A stretch of 63,701 nucleotides of DNA, the filler included, from Sphacelaria rigidula (taxonomy: Eukaryota): assembly GCA_964200075.2 (NCBI GenBank). It is 11 parts of 11 records of this genome, joined end to end, with 100 filler letters (N's around TTAATTAATTAA, not from the genome) between each part and the next. Parts side by side here need not be neighbours in the genome. Positions count along the whole stretch, not along the records: positions 34,802 to 40,501 come from CAXNAA020025146.1; positions 40,602 to 46,301 come from CAXNAA020025147.1; positions 46,402 to 52,101 come from CAXNAA020025148.1; 8 more parts are not named here. One strand, written 5' to 3'. Position numbers and translations under genes: made by a program. Shown piece by piece: positions 37,100 through 48,819 of the stretch; the stretch's first letter is position 1, and each line of letters starts with the position of its first letter. The notes under the pieces were generated by a model. The model was not told the origin of the DNA. It did not search any database and worked only from the letters and a program-made list of their open reading frames with translations.

Positions 37100-38499
37100 T
37101 AAGGTGCCTGTGAAAGCTTACTTTGTCCAAAAAGTGCACTGCGTACAGTGTCGACTGTTGTGTCTATTGCAATAGACGATATATTCCATACTGCACGCAG
37201 TACATTTTTTGACAGTGTATTATTTTGTGCAGGGTGTGGAAAATATGGGGAGAGGGGAGAAGGAGGGGGGGATGAGGAAGAGATGTAATTGAGACACGAC
37301 GCAGAAGACTACCAGGGAGCTAGAACTGGGAACCAGAGCTAGAGTTCTAGGGCCATGAAAAAGGCAGCGACCGATCGGACAAGAGAGGGGGATCGGTCTC
37401 CGTGTAACACGCCCCTCCACCCCCGTCTTCCATACGTCAGGGATACGCCTCGGTGATCGAATCGGCATAATTGAAGCACCTGTTGGGTCGAAAGATCGCG
37501 GGTTAGCATTCCAGGATATGCCTTTTTTTTCTTTCTGAGGAGCATCTGATTTCCGCCGCTAAAAGTGTGGGGGCTTGATTGAATGTTGCAAACAAGACTC
37601 CATCACACCCTGGACAATAGATTCCATTCTGTACGCAGTTCGCTTTTTGATGATGTAATCTTTTGTCATGATCAAGGGTGGGGAGTTTATTTTAACGAGA
37701 GTCAACACGCGTCGGTGCGGAAGTGTTTATCCTACCAATCCGTAACATGCAAATATGTGAGGCGCGTACCGGAGGAGAGGTGGATTCATCTCTCGAGTTC
37801 ATCAGCTCGTCCCGAGGAGAGGGGGTGGAGGGGGGTTGGAAGTGTAACGAAAATAATTATCATAATTATCATAAATCACAATCATCGTGAATCACAGTCG
37901 TTATAATTTCATCATTATTATTATGTTATATCATATTGCATCATATTGTTTTCCCTTGTTCGAAAAACAATAATCCAAACCCCAACCCAACCCAGCCCAA
38001 CCATTTATATTGTATTATTGTTATTACTATCATCATAATTATTATTTCCGCACATTTGCCCCATTCCTCGAGCTCTTAGTCACAGACGTGGGCTCGTCGT
38101 TCCAATACCGTCCCTGCTTCCTTACAATATGTAGGGCTCTGCTCGTTTCTTCTGAGACTTGAGGAAGGACAGAACGAAACAAAACAAAAGGCAAACAAGG
38201 AGGAAGACGTCAATAAAAAAGAAACGAAATGGTTTCCCCCCGAGTCGATCAGGATGAGGTTAAAAAGAATGAAGAATGTTTACAGTACGCAAGAAGGAGA
38301 AAAAATAGAGAGAGGATACAAATATCAAGAATACAATGTCCTCGTTCAACCACTGTACGTGTGAAATTCCTTGTTCTCACAAATATTACTGCGTAAAATA
38401 GTAGCAATATTTTTTTGTTAATTCCTTTTTTTTTGGCTTTATTCGTTCCATTTTTTTTGTCGCGCTAAACACAAAACCTCCACCGACGATGCGAAGCAG

Positions 38500-38761
38500 C
38501 TCTTCTACATAATCGGCACCAGCTACACCGCGCTATTCCTCACGGTGAGCTTGATTCTAAGGACCGCTCCTCTCGGGCTAGCAAACTGGGAGCATCGACC
38601 GGCCCGCATGGTGGGGTGGCTGTCGTTCGTAGCGATAGAGTCTTACGGGTCGCTGGCGGTAGCTCTTTTCTGGGCGTTCACGAACGCGACCGTGGATCTG
38701 GACGGGGCCAAGGCGTCCTATGGGCTCATCATCGCTGGCGCGCAGATCGGAGCCATAATAG
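38500..38761 (+). CDS. Internal exon of a TLC-family ATP/ADP (nucleotide) transporter, NTT type
   Basis: LFYIIG...GWLSFVAIESYGSLAVALFWAFTNATVDLDGAKASYGLIIAGAQIGAI matches the NTT E-x-(W/Y)G...FW-x-F-x-N...AK-x-x-Y pattern. AAGCAG acceptor (38497 is an alternative start); AG|GTTTGA donor. Confidence 0.88.
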
Positions 38762-38891
38762 GTTTGAGCAGAGAAGTGTGTGTAGGGTGGAATGGCACAG
38801 AATATATTGTCGTCCCCTTGTCTGAAACCCCCACAACAACAACAACAAACCCATCCTATCTCATCCCATCCACCATGACCAAACACTTGAC

Positions 38892-39002
38892 CGTTAGATC
38901 GCGGTGCGGGTCGTGGTAGTCCATACATCTGGATTATGCATACTTTTTAAAAGTGAAAATTGATGCCGATTCAGCAGGTGACCTACCCTCGCGGTCAAAG
39001 GG
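38892..39002. mobile_element. piggyBac-like mini-MITE, diverged copy
   Basis: Ends CCTCGCGGTCAAAGGG|TTAA; internal match to 45707-45805. Confidence 0.65.
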
Positions 39003-39306
39003 TTAACGCCCAAGAATAATTGTACAACATCATTATCTATTTGTGGGTGTATTGTGTGATTTTGTCGGTAGTGCCGACCACTTGGTCGATTGGAACCTTC
39101 CCGGCATTTTATTACTTGATTTGAGTGTCAACACCGATACTCGGAAATTTTTCAAAGATGGTTGAAATCGCAGCCTATCAGATCGGGATTTTTGTTTTCT
39201 CTCGCACAACTTCGATCGAAAACTAAAGCGCTAAGACACCGCCTGATTGTACGCACTGGCGTGTGGTTGATTGATTGGTTACTTGTTATGTTTTATTGCT
39301 TTTGTT

Positions 39307-39511
39307 CAAGGGTAGGTCGAGTAGAGTATACTCAAATGCGGGGTATTTCGAAAGTCGTACTTGACGTACACAAATTGAGGGTAGAATTTTAGGAATCGCT
39401 TCCCAGCTATTTCTTGGGCACGACTCCCAACACTCTACCCTAACTTAAGTACCCCAAGTACGTCTTTCAAAATACCCCGCAATTGAGTATACTTTACTCG
39501 ATCTGCTCTTG
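39307..39511. mobile_element. hAT-type palindromic MITE (205 bp)
   Basis: CAAGGGTAGGTCGAGTA...TACTCGATCTGCTCTTG with a perfect 8-bp TSD CTTTTGTT (39299-39306 and 39512-39519). Confidence 0.9.
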
Positions 39512-41560
39512 CTTTTGTTTTCATGTAGAGCTGGTTGTGCGCACCGGCATCTGATTTATTGATTATTGGGTTGGTTTGAGTTATTGTCGCACTTCAACTC
39601 CAGGCGAATGGCGGGTTGCCTGCCCTTGTGTGAAGGAATGTGTAACAGTGTCGTCTTTCGACATACTCCCCGAAGACAAAAATCTGAATCTTCTCCCCGC
39701 GTGACCAAACTGCACCGGGCCGCTCGCCAACACAGTATATCGCGTACACAGCAAACACACCGACGCTGGACGGCAAGAAAAAATGAGAACTGAGCTGCTG
39801 GCGATCGTGCTGAGTTTGGTTGATATTGTCGACATCTGGCAAACGAAATGCCCATCTAAGGGACGTTATGTACTAATGGAAGTTGTTTTTGAGACAAGAT
39901 ATCGGACAGTTTCGGGCAGTTCCTATTTTTCCCCCGAAAAGTGGTGAAGCAGGTTTTCTTATCCAGGCCAGGCAATAGGTGAAGTTGAGGCTGGCTAAAG
40001 CTTGTTCCGAAGTTCCGGCGTCGAATTTTTTTCTTTGGCAATTTTCCTTCCTTTGAAAAATCGTAAAAAAAAAAACAGACGAAAAAGCCGAAAATATGGG
40101 AGCCACCACATAGCAGGGACGAATTCCCACAAGTGTATGTCAAGGAATCACCTTTTACATTGGCGGCACCATGAGATAGGTCGTATGTTTCACGAACAGC
40201 AGACCCCAGGTCCAAATCCCGGATCCGACCAAATCGATGGGAGCCAAAAAATCGTGGATACCCTCTGAAGCAGAGTTCAAAACGCACGAAAAATGTTCTG
40301 CGGCGGTTGTTGATTGGATGGTCCAACACACGTAGAACACATGTGGAGTAAAAGGCAAGTTTCCAACCGCTAGCTGGCCTAAAAAAGGACTCCTACAACA
40401 CCTCGGAGGGGTGAATCAGGGGGGGGGGGGGGGGGGATATGGGAACCGCAACATAGAAGAGACAAGTTCCCACAAGTGTCTGGCAAGGATTTACCTCAAG
40501 ANNNNNNNNNNNNNNNNNNNNNNNNNNNNNNNNNNNNNNNNNNNNTTAATTAATTAANNNNNNNNNNNNNNNNNNNNNNNNNNNNNNNNNNNNNNNNNNN
40601 NGCACCCCAGTCGATGCGGGCCCAATACCACCACCCGCGACATCGTCGCCGCCCTCCTTGGAAATCATCCCCCGTCACAACACGGGACGGGGAGGGGCGG
40701 CACACCCCAGCCGATGCGAGCATGCGGTGAACAAAGGGCTTTCCCGGACGTGAAATAAACGAGACGTGCAGCAGAAAACCCGTCGACGACGAAATTTTTC
40801 TCTCTGATACACCCTTGCGTTCTCGAGGCCACTGCAACCATGCCTTTGCAATATGTTGCTGTTTGCTTCTGAATGCGAAATAGCGAGGGAGTCAGCATCA
40901 ATCACCAAACCCAGTACTTCCAATCGTGTATTATATCCAAGGCCGACATTTTGCTTTTTGCGTCAAACAAGGCTCGCTCAGAAAACGCACATGACCATAG
41001 AATAAGGGTCTCGCCCCAAACATCATTCGCCGTCTGGGGAAAAGAAACCTTTCACCAGTATACCGTCCCTAACATAGATGCACATGCAAGAGGCATGACC
41101 AACCCTGCCGCCACCCTCCCGGAACTGCCTTACCGCTCACGGACAGAGTGGCAATGCGCCCCTGTCGCCACCGTGCTATCTTGACAGACTGAGTTGCACG
41201 ACGGCCGATGTCTGTCACCGCATGCGCGGAAAAAGAAGGGGATGTTGGTGTACGAATATTCGAAGGCAGCCGTCATCAAGCCGTGAAGTCCGGGACTGCT
41301 GCCAGTTGATTTGATTTGGTTCCATTGCCGCAATTTCAACGACCCCCCAAGAATTGATATTATTTTATTTTATTTTATTGCCGCAAATGAACCGACCTTC
41401 CAAGATTTGATTCGATTTGATTTGATGGTCGCAAATTAACCGACCCCCCAAGGATCCAACGGCGGTTACATGATAGATGTACCCGAGACAAAACACGTGA
41501 AACACTTGCTTGAGAAAATAGGGGGAACAGAAAAGGTAGGACAGAACAACAGAAGAGACT

Positions 41561-41660
41561 TGAACAGCTGCGCCACCCGAATTCTAAACACAGGTAGCTA
41601 CAGCCACGGAAACTGAAACAGCTGCGCCACCCGAATTCCAAACACAGGTAGCTACAGCCA
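41561..41660. repeat. Tandem duplication (~54-bp period)
   Basis: AACAGCTGCGCCACCCGAATTCYAAACACAGGTAGCTACAGCCA occurs twice. Confidence 0.9.
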
Positions 41661-42279
41661 TATCCCCGAATGCACAGCCAAAATACGCGGCGCGTGCCGA
41701 GTCCACAGCACCTGACGAACATCGAGTACAGTATACTAATCACAGTGCGCGCTGAGGGGCCAAATTTTACAGCAAGGACACAATAAGTAGCAGGACTTAG
41801 TACAATACCCGCCTATCTCACAAGGTAGTGCCTGTAAAAAATCGGGGTCCGCGTCAACACTCGTGTGCAGCGATGAACCAGGGAAAAGGTGCGATCATAA
41901 ATGATACGAAATATATGGTGCACTACAACCCCCAAATGTGGAGACGCGGAAATTTGTAATAGCCAAGACCTGCCTCACGTCGAACGCCAGCGCGAATGCC
42001 TCATTCAGGCGCACACACCATCATATGATCTACACACCCTAATGCATGGGCCAAATTCTCACGTGCCATGACATCAATGGGTACCCCCTGTTGTGACACA
42101 CACACCAACAGACAAGTTCGAGGAAACCTCTTCCAGTCGCGGAACTATGGACGGGTGCTTTGCACATCCACCTGAGACCCAAATAAGTCCTTGCCTCTAC
42201 GGGTGACAATTACCTCAACATTACCATCATACATACGCAACAAGGTAGCCTGGTGAGGTGCGGGACAGCCGGTATTCCA

Positions 42280-43750
42280 CAGTCAGGATACGCAATTGTA
42301 TTTCCATACCTTTTTGAACACCCCGGCAACGCCGAAACCACCATCAACACGTACATCCAACATACCAGAATATGGTCGAGCCATAGAACCAGGCAGTAGC
42401 AGCTCATTGTTGTGGCGATTGCCTTTGCTGCCGCCCCTGGGCGCCACGCGCCACCTCCAGCGAAAACGAGAGCGATACGACCGGCGAACCGGATTTACAG
42501 TGTCCATTATCATCCCAACCAGCACCTGCATAGTCGCCCTGTCGTCCTGGAGCTGCAAATTCGTCGTGCCGCGTTAGCGCCCGGCTAGCGCGCCAGGCTA
42601 CTCTTATCGTGCAGTCGGCCTGCCTGACGGCACCACGGCCGGACGGCGTAGCTACGCCGGTGCCACATCATCAGAAACATGCGACCTGCTGTAGCCGCTG
42701 GTGTAATAGAGCCAGCGCTGGAAGGCCAGCCGGTTCATCACTTCTCGGTTCAACACGTTCTTCACCAGGCGAGCCGCCGCGTTGTTCGCGAGCTGCATCA
42801 CTGCATCGCCAAGATTTCTACAACTGAATTGGTATCGTCCAGTTTAGTCTCGGTCCGATCGACGCGGCTGCCCACGTTGTCCAAAAGTTGTTCAATTCAA
42901 CAACCTGCTTATCCAACGCGATTGTCCGAGGTATCAAAGGCCCACTGCTGTAACCCCGGTTCCACTCGACACGATCCGCCTTGCTGGCAAAGAACTGTCC
43001 ACGCCTGGAACTGACGCGGAACTATCTCCGTGTATCAACTCCATGAACGTAGATGTGGAATCTTTGTAGGAGAGGAGACTTGGGGATGTGTCGACTCTCT
43101 CCCCCTAACCTTGTGTTTGCCCTGTCCGCCCGCCCCGGGGGCCTGATTTCGTGATTCGTTGATGCCGTCCTGATTTGGTGACTTGGTGACGCCGCTTGTA
43201 AAAGTCTCAGACAACATCGATTCTCAGACAACATCGATTCGCGATGCTGTCACCAACTGATGGTCGCACCACACCCGTCTCCGGGATCTCATAAACCTCG
43301 ACTTCAACCCAGACACCATTATTGTCACGTCATCGTGGATGCACTTGCCCTTGTACCTTACTGCTTCTCCCACATTGAACTGACTCACTTGGTTCATCAC
43401 ACAGGCAATCTTGCATGGCAATGTGTTCTGAAATAGCTTCTAGATACTGCAACCACTGTAAACATCTGGGAAACTTCTTCCAGCTTCTGCACAAAACATC
43501 GATTCCTCCCTAACACGGAATCGAGCCTTTTGCATACATATACTCTGGGACATGACAAGACTTTGCGTGAATGGAGCATTTTGAGTTTTCCTTTAACCAG
43601 TTGTTCGGGGGTCCTGTCAGTGCGGGACCCGTATACTTGGGGAGAAACGAAACTCGGACGACCTACTTAAGACAAAGTTTTATGGCGTCCCCTCGTATAT
43701 GTGTACAAAAGTTTAGTCTAACTCCAAGAACCGGCGTGAACATTTGCGGC
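42280..43750 (-). mobile_element. Highly decayed LTR-retrotransposon remnant (possible gag plus RT fragment)
   Basis: CLVLWLDHILVC resembles the RT (Y/W)xDD box; many stops. Weak evidence. Confidence 0.25.
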
Positions 43751-45706
43751 TGAATAAATTGAGGATGATAAGCTTAGGCCAGCCTGTAGCGCTAGGCGTA
43801 ATGGGCTTCTGCTGTGGGTGCATATGCATGCTTATTCCGGTCGGGTTGTGTTCAAGCCATGTGCTTCCGTCACCCCCGTTGAGATTTCCAAATCCTCTTG
43901 CGGGATGCGTCCAGTACGGAAAAAACCACCGCTGTTCCAAGAAGGCCTGTCTTGGGTTTCCTAGGTAGGGTTAGAAGTGGTTATTGTAGGCTAGCAAGCT
44001 GCGTTGCTCGCTCGATTTTTGCATATATCTTGGTCTCGGTAAGGCTCGGTGTAGTAATTGTCACGAAAAAACAATTCAGACGGCGGTCACAAGTCGGAAC
44101 GCACAGTAACTTGCGAACGAACAACACTTGTAGTGCTAATGCGATTCACAACTGGATCTGCCCCAACTCACTCAAAATATTACTTTGCGCAGTACCTTAC
44201 CTTGTTTGCTTGCCTTCCCGTCGCACCGATATTACTATGTATGCCTCTACTACAGTACTCCCACAACTGTTCTGTACATTGCGAGCGCCCTGTAGGGCGA
44301 GTTGCCTCGACACGCTTGTCCGCCGGCCTAAGTGATGACCGAGCCATGGAGGGGTTCAGCCGCCTTGTTCCATGATCTAGCAACTCGTGTGTGTGCCGTT
44401 TGGGTTGTGTTCCACATTTTAGCATCTTGCTGTGCCGCTTGAGTTGTGTTCCGCAATCTGGAAACTGTAATGCAGTTTTCCCGCGCGCGGGCAACGGTTG
44501 TGCAGAGTGCCAATCGCTACGAAGGAATCTGGTTTTTGTCGGGTGAAAAACACCGACGGTGGGTTCTCTAGCCTCGAAGCGGTCATTCGATTTTGTGCCG
44601 TGCGGTGGGTTGGACGGTGCCTGTGGAAGGCCGATGGTGGCGAGGCGTGAGTACATGTCGGATGAAAGTGGGTCGAAAAAAACGGACAAAATGGGGGTAC
44701 AAGATAAACATCGTAATTAATGATGGGTACATCCACTCCAACATCGGACACAAGAGTGTATTCTGCGAGGCCCTTGTGCCCCGCGGTGCTCTTCGGTCCT
44801 GAATCGCGCTTTTGCTCGCGAACATCGATGTACCTGCTCTACACGGGCTGTGCCCGTGTCGCCTTTGCGTCAGGAATAAGTTTTGAGTGATTTGAGCCTG
44901 GCCCGGGCAGCTTCAACTTGACCGATACGCACGTTCTGGCTGAAAAGGAAGTAGGTGTAGCCAGTTTGTCTATTGCCGATTTCTAAATCCCTGAGAAGAG
45001 CAAAGCAATGTTCCAGCGACGAGAAAGGTTCTACGAAGGATGTTTTAGGGGGCGTACCCAAAATCGAGGGCGGCGGCGTTTTTGACAGATGTACTTGAAA
45101 TCCCCGGCTGCTGTTATAGGTGTGGCAAAGTAACACCCTCGGGCGAGCAGCTTCTTGCACCTGCTCATAGTTTGCCTCTAACCCATAGGTTGCACGACTC
45201 ATCGCAAGCTTTTCTGACGTTAATAATTCCAGTGTCAACTCACACCAGGGCGCAGTCGTTTGGACTTTGGCCATCTTCTAACCTCCGTTGTACCGCGGAT
45301 GCTAGAGAACCATTCCAAGCGAACGCGAAGAAAAGAAACTGCAGACTGTTTTTGCCCCTTGCTATCGTTGAACAAATCGCCACGCAGGATTGACTTTTGA
45401 AATTATAAACCGCAGATTTTATTCCTCCCTACCCTCCTTCCGTTGAACGACGTTCTTCGACGATGTACGTATTGGACTGCGTGGAGTGCAGGTGGTGGGA
45501 GTGGCAAGGACATTGCGAGATACGAGCAGGGGATCTGTCAAAAAAGTATTTCCTGACGAGGAGCGATCAACTCTTGACAGCGCTCTGCCCCGTGCATCGT
45601 GGAAGAGGCAAGTACCTGCGTACACGCAAGCACACAGCATGATAGAATTCGAAATTGGCGATGAGAGCTGGAAGTACGTGAAGATTTGGAATAATCTTTC
45701 GCTTAA

Positions 45707-45805
45707 CCCTTAGACCGCGAGGGTAGTCTTATCTGGATCATGCATAATTCGTTTCACTTGAAATTGATGCCGATTCAACAGAAGACTCACCTCGCGGTCG
45801 AAGGG
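45707..45805. mobile_element. piggyBac-like mini-MITE (99 bp)
   Basis: TTAA|CCCTTAGACCGCGAGG ... CCTCGCGGTCGAAGGG|TTAA. Confidence 0.9.
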
Positions 45806-46234
45806 TTAACGCAGCTTGCTCCATTTCAGCAAGACGGAGGAGCTCTGCTGCGGAGATGTAATGCATTAAATCGTTTGTGAAGAAGGTTCAACCCCTTGAA
45901 CACCCGAGCCCCAAAGAAGTACGGAAGGTGGACAGGTTTCTGGGGATGGATGGTTTGAGGGGTCAAAATAGTGGTTTCTGGTGGAGAAACAACACAAACA
46001 CGGAAGAGGCCGTCCCCGCGCATTGCGGCGATCGCGCTCGCAGCACATTATTATTAATATGCAGTACAAGCGAAAATTGTAGACCACACAAAAACGGTGT
46101 TCTAGCCCTCACCAACCACGGCTATGGAAGCTGGACGCCAATTGGCTTAATGAAGGATTGAGTTTTGTGTAAGTTGTGCCGAGTGCCCGTGTACCTTTGA
46201 CATTCATTTGTGCCATAGCTCTATATCTACAAAA

Positions 46235-46235
<1 letters not shown>

Positions 46236-46281
<46 letters not shown>

Positions 46282-46301
46282 TTATTATTATTATTTTTGT
46301 T
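46236..46301. repeat. (ATT)n microsatellite at contig end
   Basis: Read directly. Confidence 0.95.
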
Positions 46302-47196
46302 NNNNNNNNNNNNNNNNNNNNNNNNNNNNNNNNNNNNNNNNNNNNTTAATTAATTAANNNNNNNNNNNNNNNNNNNNNNNNNNNNNNNNNNNNNNNNNNN
46401 NAGATCGACCTGCTCGCGCTGCTGGGGGTTGATGTGTGGGGGGGGGGGTGGGGGGGGGGGGGGGGGGGGGTATAAATCTTGGGGAAATAAATCGGGTCGT
46501 GGTGATTTAGAAATGTGCAAGATGCCTCACCAGCAGTTGCAGCACGGCGTACAGCACACCCAGATGGCGTTATTTTTCAGGATTACATTTTCCCCGATCC
46601 AGTTAAACGTGCGACGCTTGAGAACAGGGCAGCAGCACGCGCAGAGGAGCGGGTTGACTGCAGGATGACAAGCCCCCGCGATATCCTGTTGCATTTACAA
46701 CGATGAGAGTGGTTGGGGGGAGTTGAGAATGCAGAGGCAAAATCACTTGCATTTATTGCTTCGCGGATAAAAATTGACAAAGTATCACACCGTGTCTTAT
46801 CAAATAGTTTTCGACTCGAAAACGTACGGTGGAATCAAATTTGCGCGTACCTGATACGTCCACGGCATCCATGTTGTCAACCATGTGAGAAAATGAACAG
46901 CGTGGGCGCATCAGAAACGAGCGAATTCGATTCCACCGTACGTTTTCGAGTCGAAAACAACTTGATAAGACACCACCTCAGAGCCTAGGAACCGAGCCAG
47001 GCGCAAAACGTAGAACCCCTTAGCACACAACAAGTTCTTCAGTTTCCCGAATCAGCCCGATTGAAGCATACCGCTGTGAGCTGCAGACCAACGTGATCAC
47101 GCACGCCCTGCCACTAAAAACAAAAAGAGAAAAATGTACTGCATAATATATTACCTCAACGACGGAACCAGACTCTGCGAAAACAAAAGCGGAATT

Positions 47197-47325
47197 GTCG
47201 GGATTCGAACGTATGACCTCCATAACCGGAGTCCCTCGTGTCACTCAGAGTACAGGGGCGCAGCGGTGTCACACAAAACGTTTGGGGCTCGAGTTCAGGG
47301 CTTTTTTGGCCAAACTCCTGCCAGG
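47197..47325 (-). repeat. Dispersed B-box repeat, relative of 8655-8790
   Basis: Reverse complement reads GACTCCGGTTATGGAGGTCATACGTTCGAATCCCGAC. Confidence 0.45.
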
Positions 47326-47469
47326 TTTTTCTGCGCATAAGTACAAAAATTGTGATGGGGTATGCCGCTGCTTTGTTTCCTTCACGAAGTTGTGATATTT
47401 CAACTTTTTAGAGAAAATTTAGATCGCTTTAAGTTGCCTTTTTTTCTGTCATCCCGACCGAACGGACTA

Positions 47470-48560
47470 CAAGACTCCTTCCGTACAGAACTGTGCTTCA
47501 CATGACCAAACTGCGAATTAGCAAGACGACCATCCGCAAGCGCCAACTCTGGTTCGCGAGGGCCCGTGCCAGACAGGGCGAAACACGTCTCCCAGAATAC
47601 ATCATGCACGGACGGATAGCAGCGGAAGGGCCAAGGGAGGCTGGCCGTCACCTCAAGCACTGGGGGAACAACCTCGAGGAGAACCTACCTGCACTATGGG
47701 TCCTTCCACGCAATGGAGCACACCGAAAATGGTTCACCTACTGCGTGGAGCTTAACGACGGCAATGACTGGGTGACTGCGGCGAAGAAGATGGGAAAATG
47801 AAACCTTCAAGTCGAGGAAGGGGCGGAGAAGTTCGAGGACAGGTGGCGGCGCGAAGACAAACGCGAGTCGGACCTCAGCGACAAACGAGAGGCTAATGCA
47901 TCGAGAGCGGCCGATCGGAGAGCTGCCACCGCCAACAGAGCAACAGCAACGTCTCGTCTCGCGAGGAGTTAAGGGCAGAAATGGCCAAGAGAATGGCCCA
48001 CTTTATACGCAACTAGCGATGATTGGGGGAACATGGGCTGGAAAGAAAAGTGATGTACCCCTGTCTTTTCCTATCGGTTGTTGATTTCGCCCTGATTCGC
48101 CTCTTGGTCTGTTGTATCGCGGTGTTCCCCAGTTTGTGTGTTCATACCTGCTCCACTACGGTACCATGTTTTTGGGTCTCATCACTTGTGTGGTCTCCCC
48201 GCTCTCCTCTGTTCTCTCTTTTCTTCCCCACCTCTCTCTATGTGTATCCTTTCCTCCCGGTGTCTATGCAAGTAGTGATGTTGTGCCTAGGTTCAATAGG
48301 GTTGATGAGTGAGAGATCATGCCCAACAAGTGTGGCCAAAACAGATGAGCCACGATCTGTTCCCGCGGTTCATTGATTGTTCTCGATTGCGGATGAGTGC
48401 GTGTGCTGTTGCGCAAGACTTTTCCCACCTGAAGCCGTGTTGCAGAGGATGACAATTCTCGGTTTTTCTTGTCGTCTTCGTGTTATTTGTTACTTTTTTT
48501 TTATTCTACTCTTGGTGCCTGTTCCACCTTTCTGTAACTCCCAACGATGTGTCGGGTAGG
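47470..48560 (+). mobile_element. RTE LINE 3' fragment (ORF C-terminus plus 3' UTR)
   Basis: TTIRKRQLWFA...RLPEYIMHG...GR...W...DWVTAAK is typical of the RTE C-terminal domain. Pyrimidine-rich UTR follows; 3' end approximate. Confidence 0.75.
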
Positions 48561-48819
48561 GTATTATACCCGATATTTTGATATTTTGAAACGTCGCACA
48601 TCACCTGCCTAAGTCAGTCACAATGACGTGTGTGGACTTTAGAGAGGGAAACAACAGTACTTGGCTGGCTGCTGCTATGGGCATGGGTCGTATCTCCACT
48701 TTTTTAAATACTAAAATATGGGGTATGCCCTATCCGACCTGCCCTTGTAACTTCTACTTTTCTTGGGCGAGTGTTACCGTCTACGTTAATCTCGAGTATG
48801 CCTCCCTTTTTTGTCTCAT

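Noticed and set aside
35364..37102. Repetitive ORFs (IPRYFEI...)
   Set aside because: They are translations of MITE internal tandem repeats.
44870..45274. 134-aa ORF as a gene (also 58597-58908 and 59404-60033)
   Set aside because: No recognisable motif, clear splice structure or paralog in the window.
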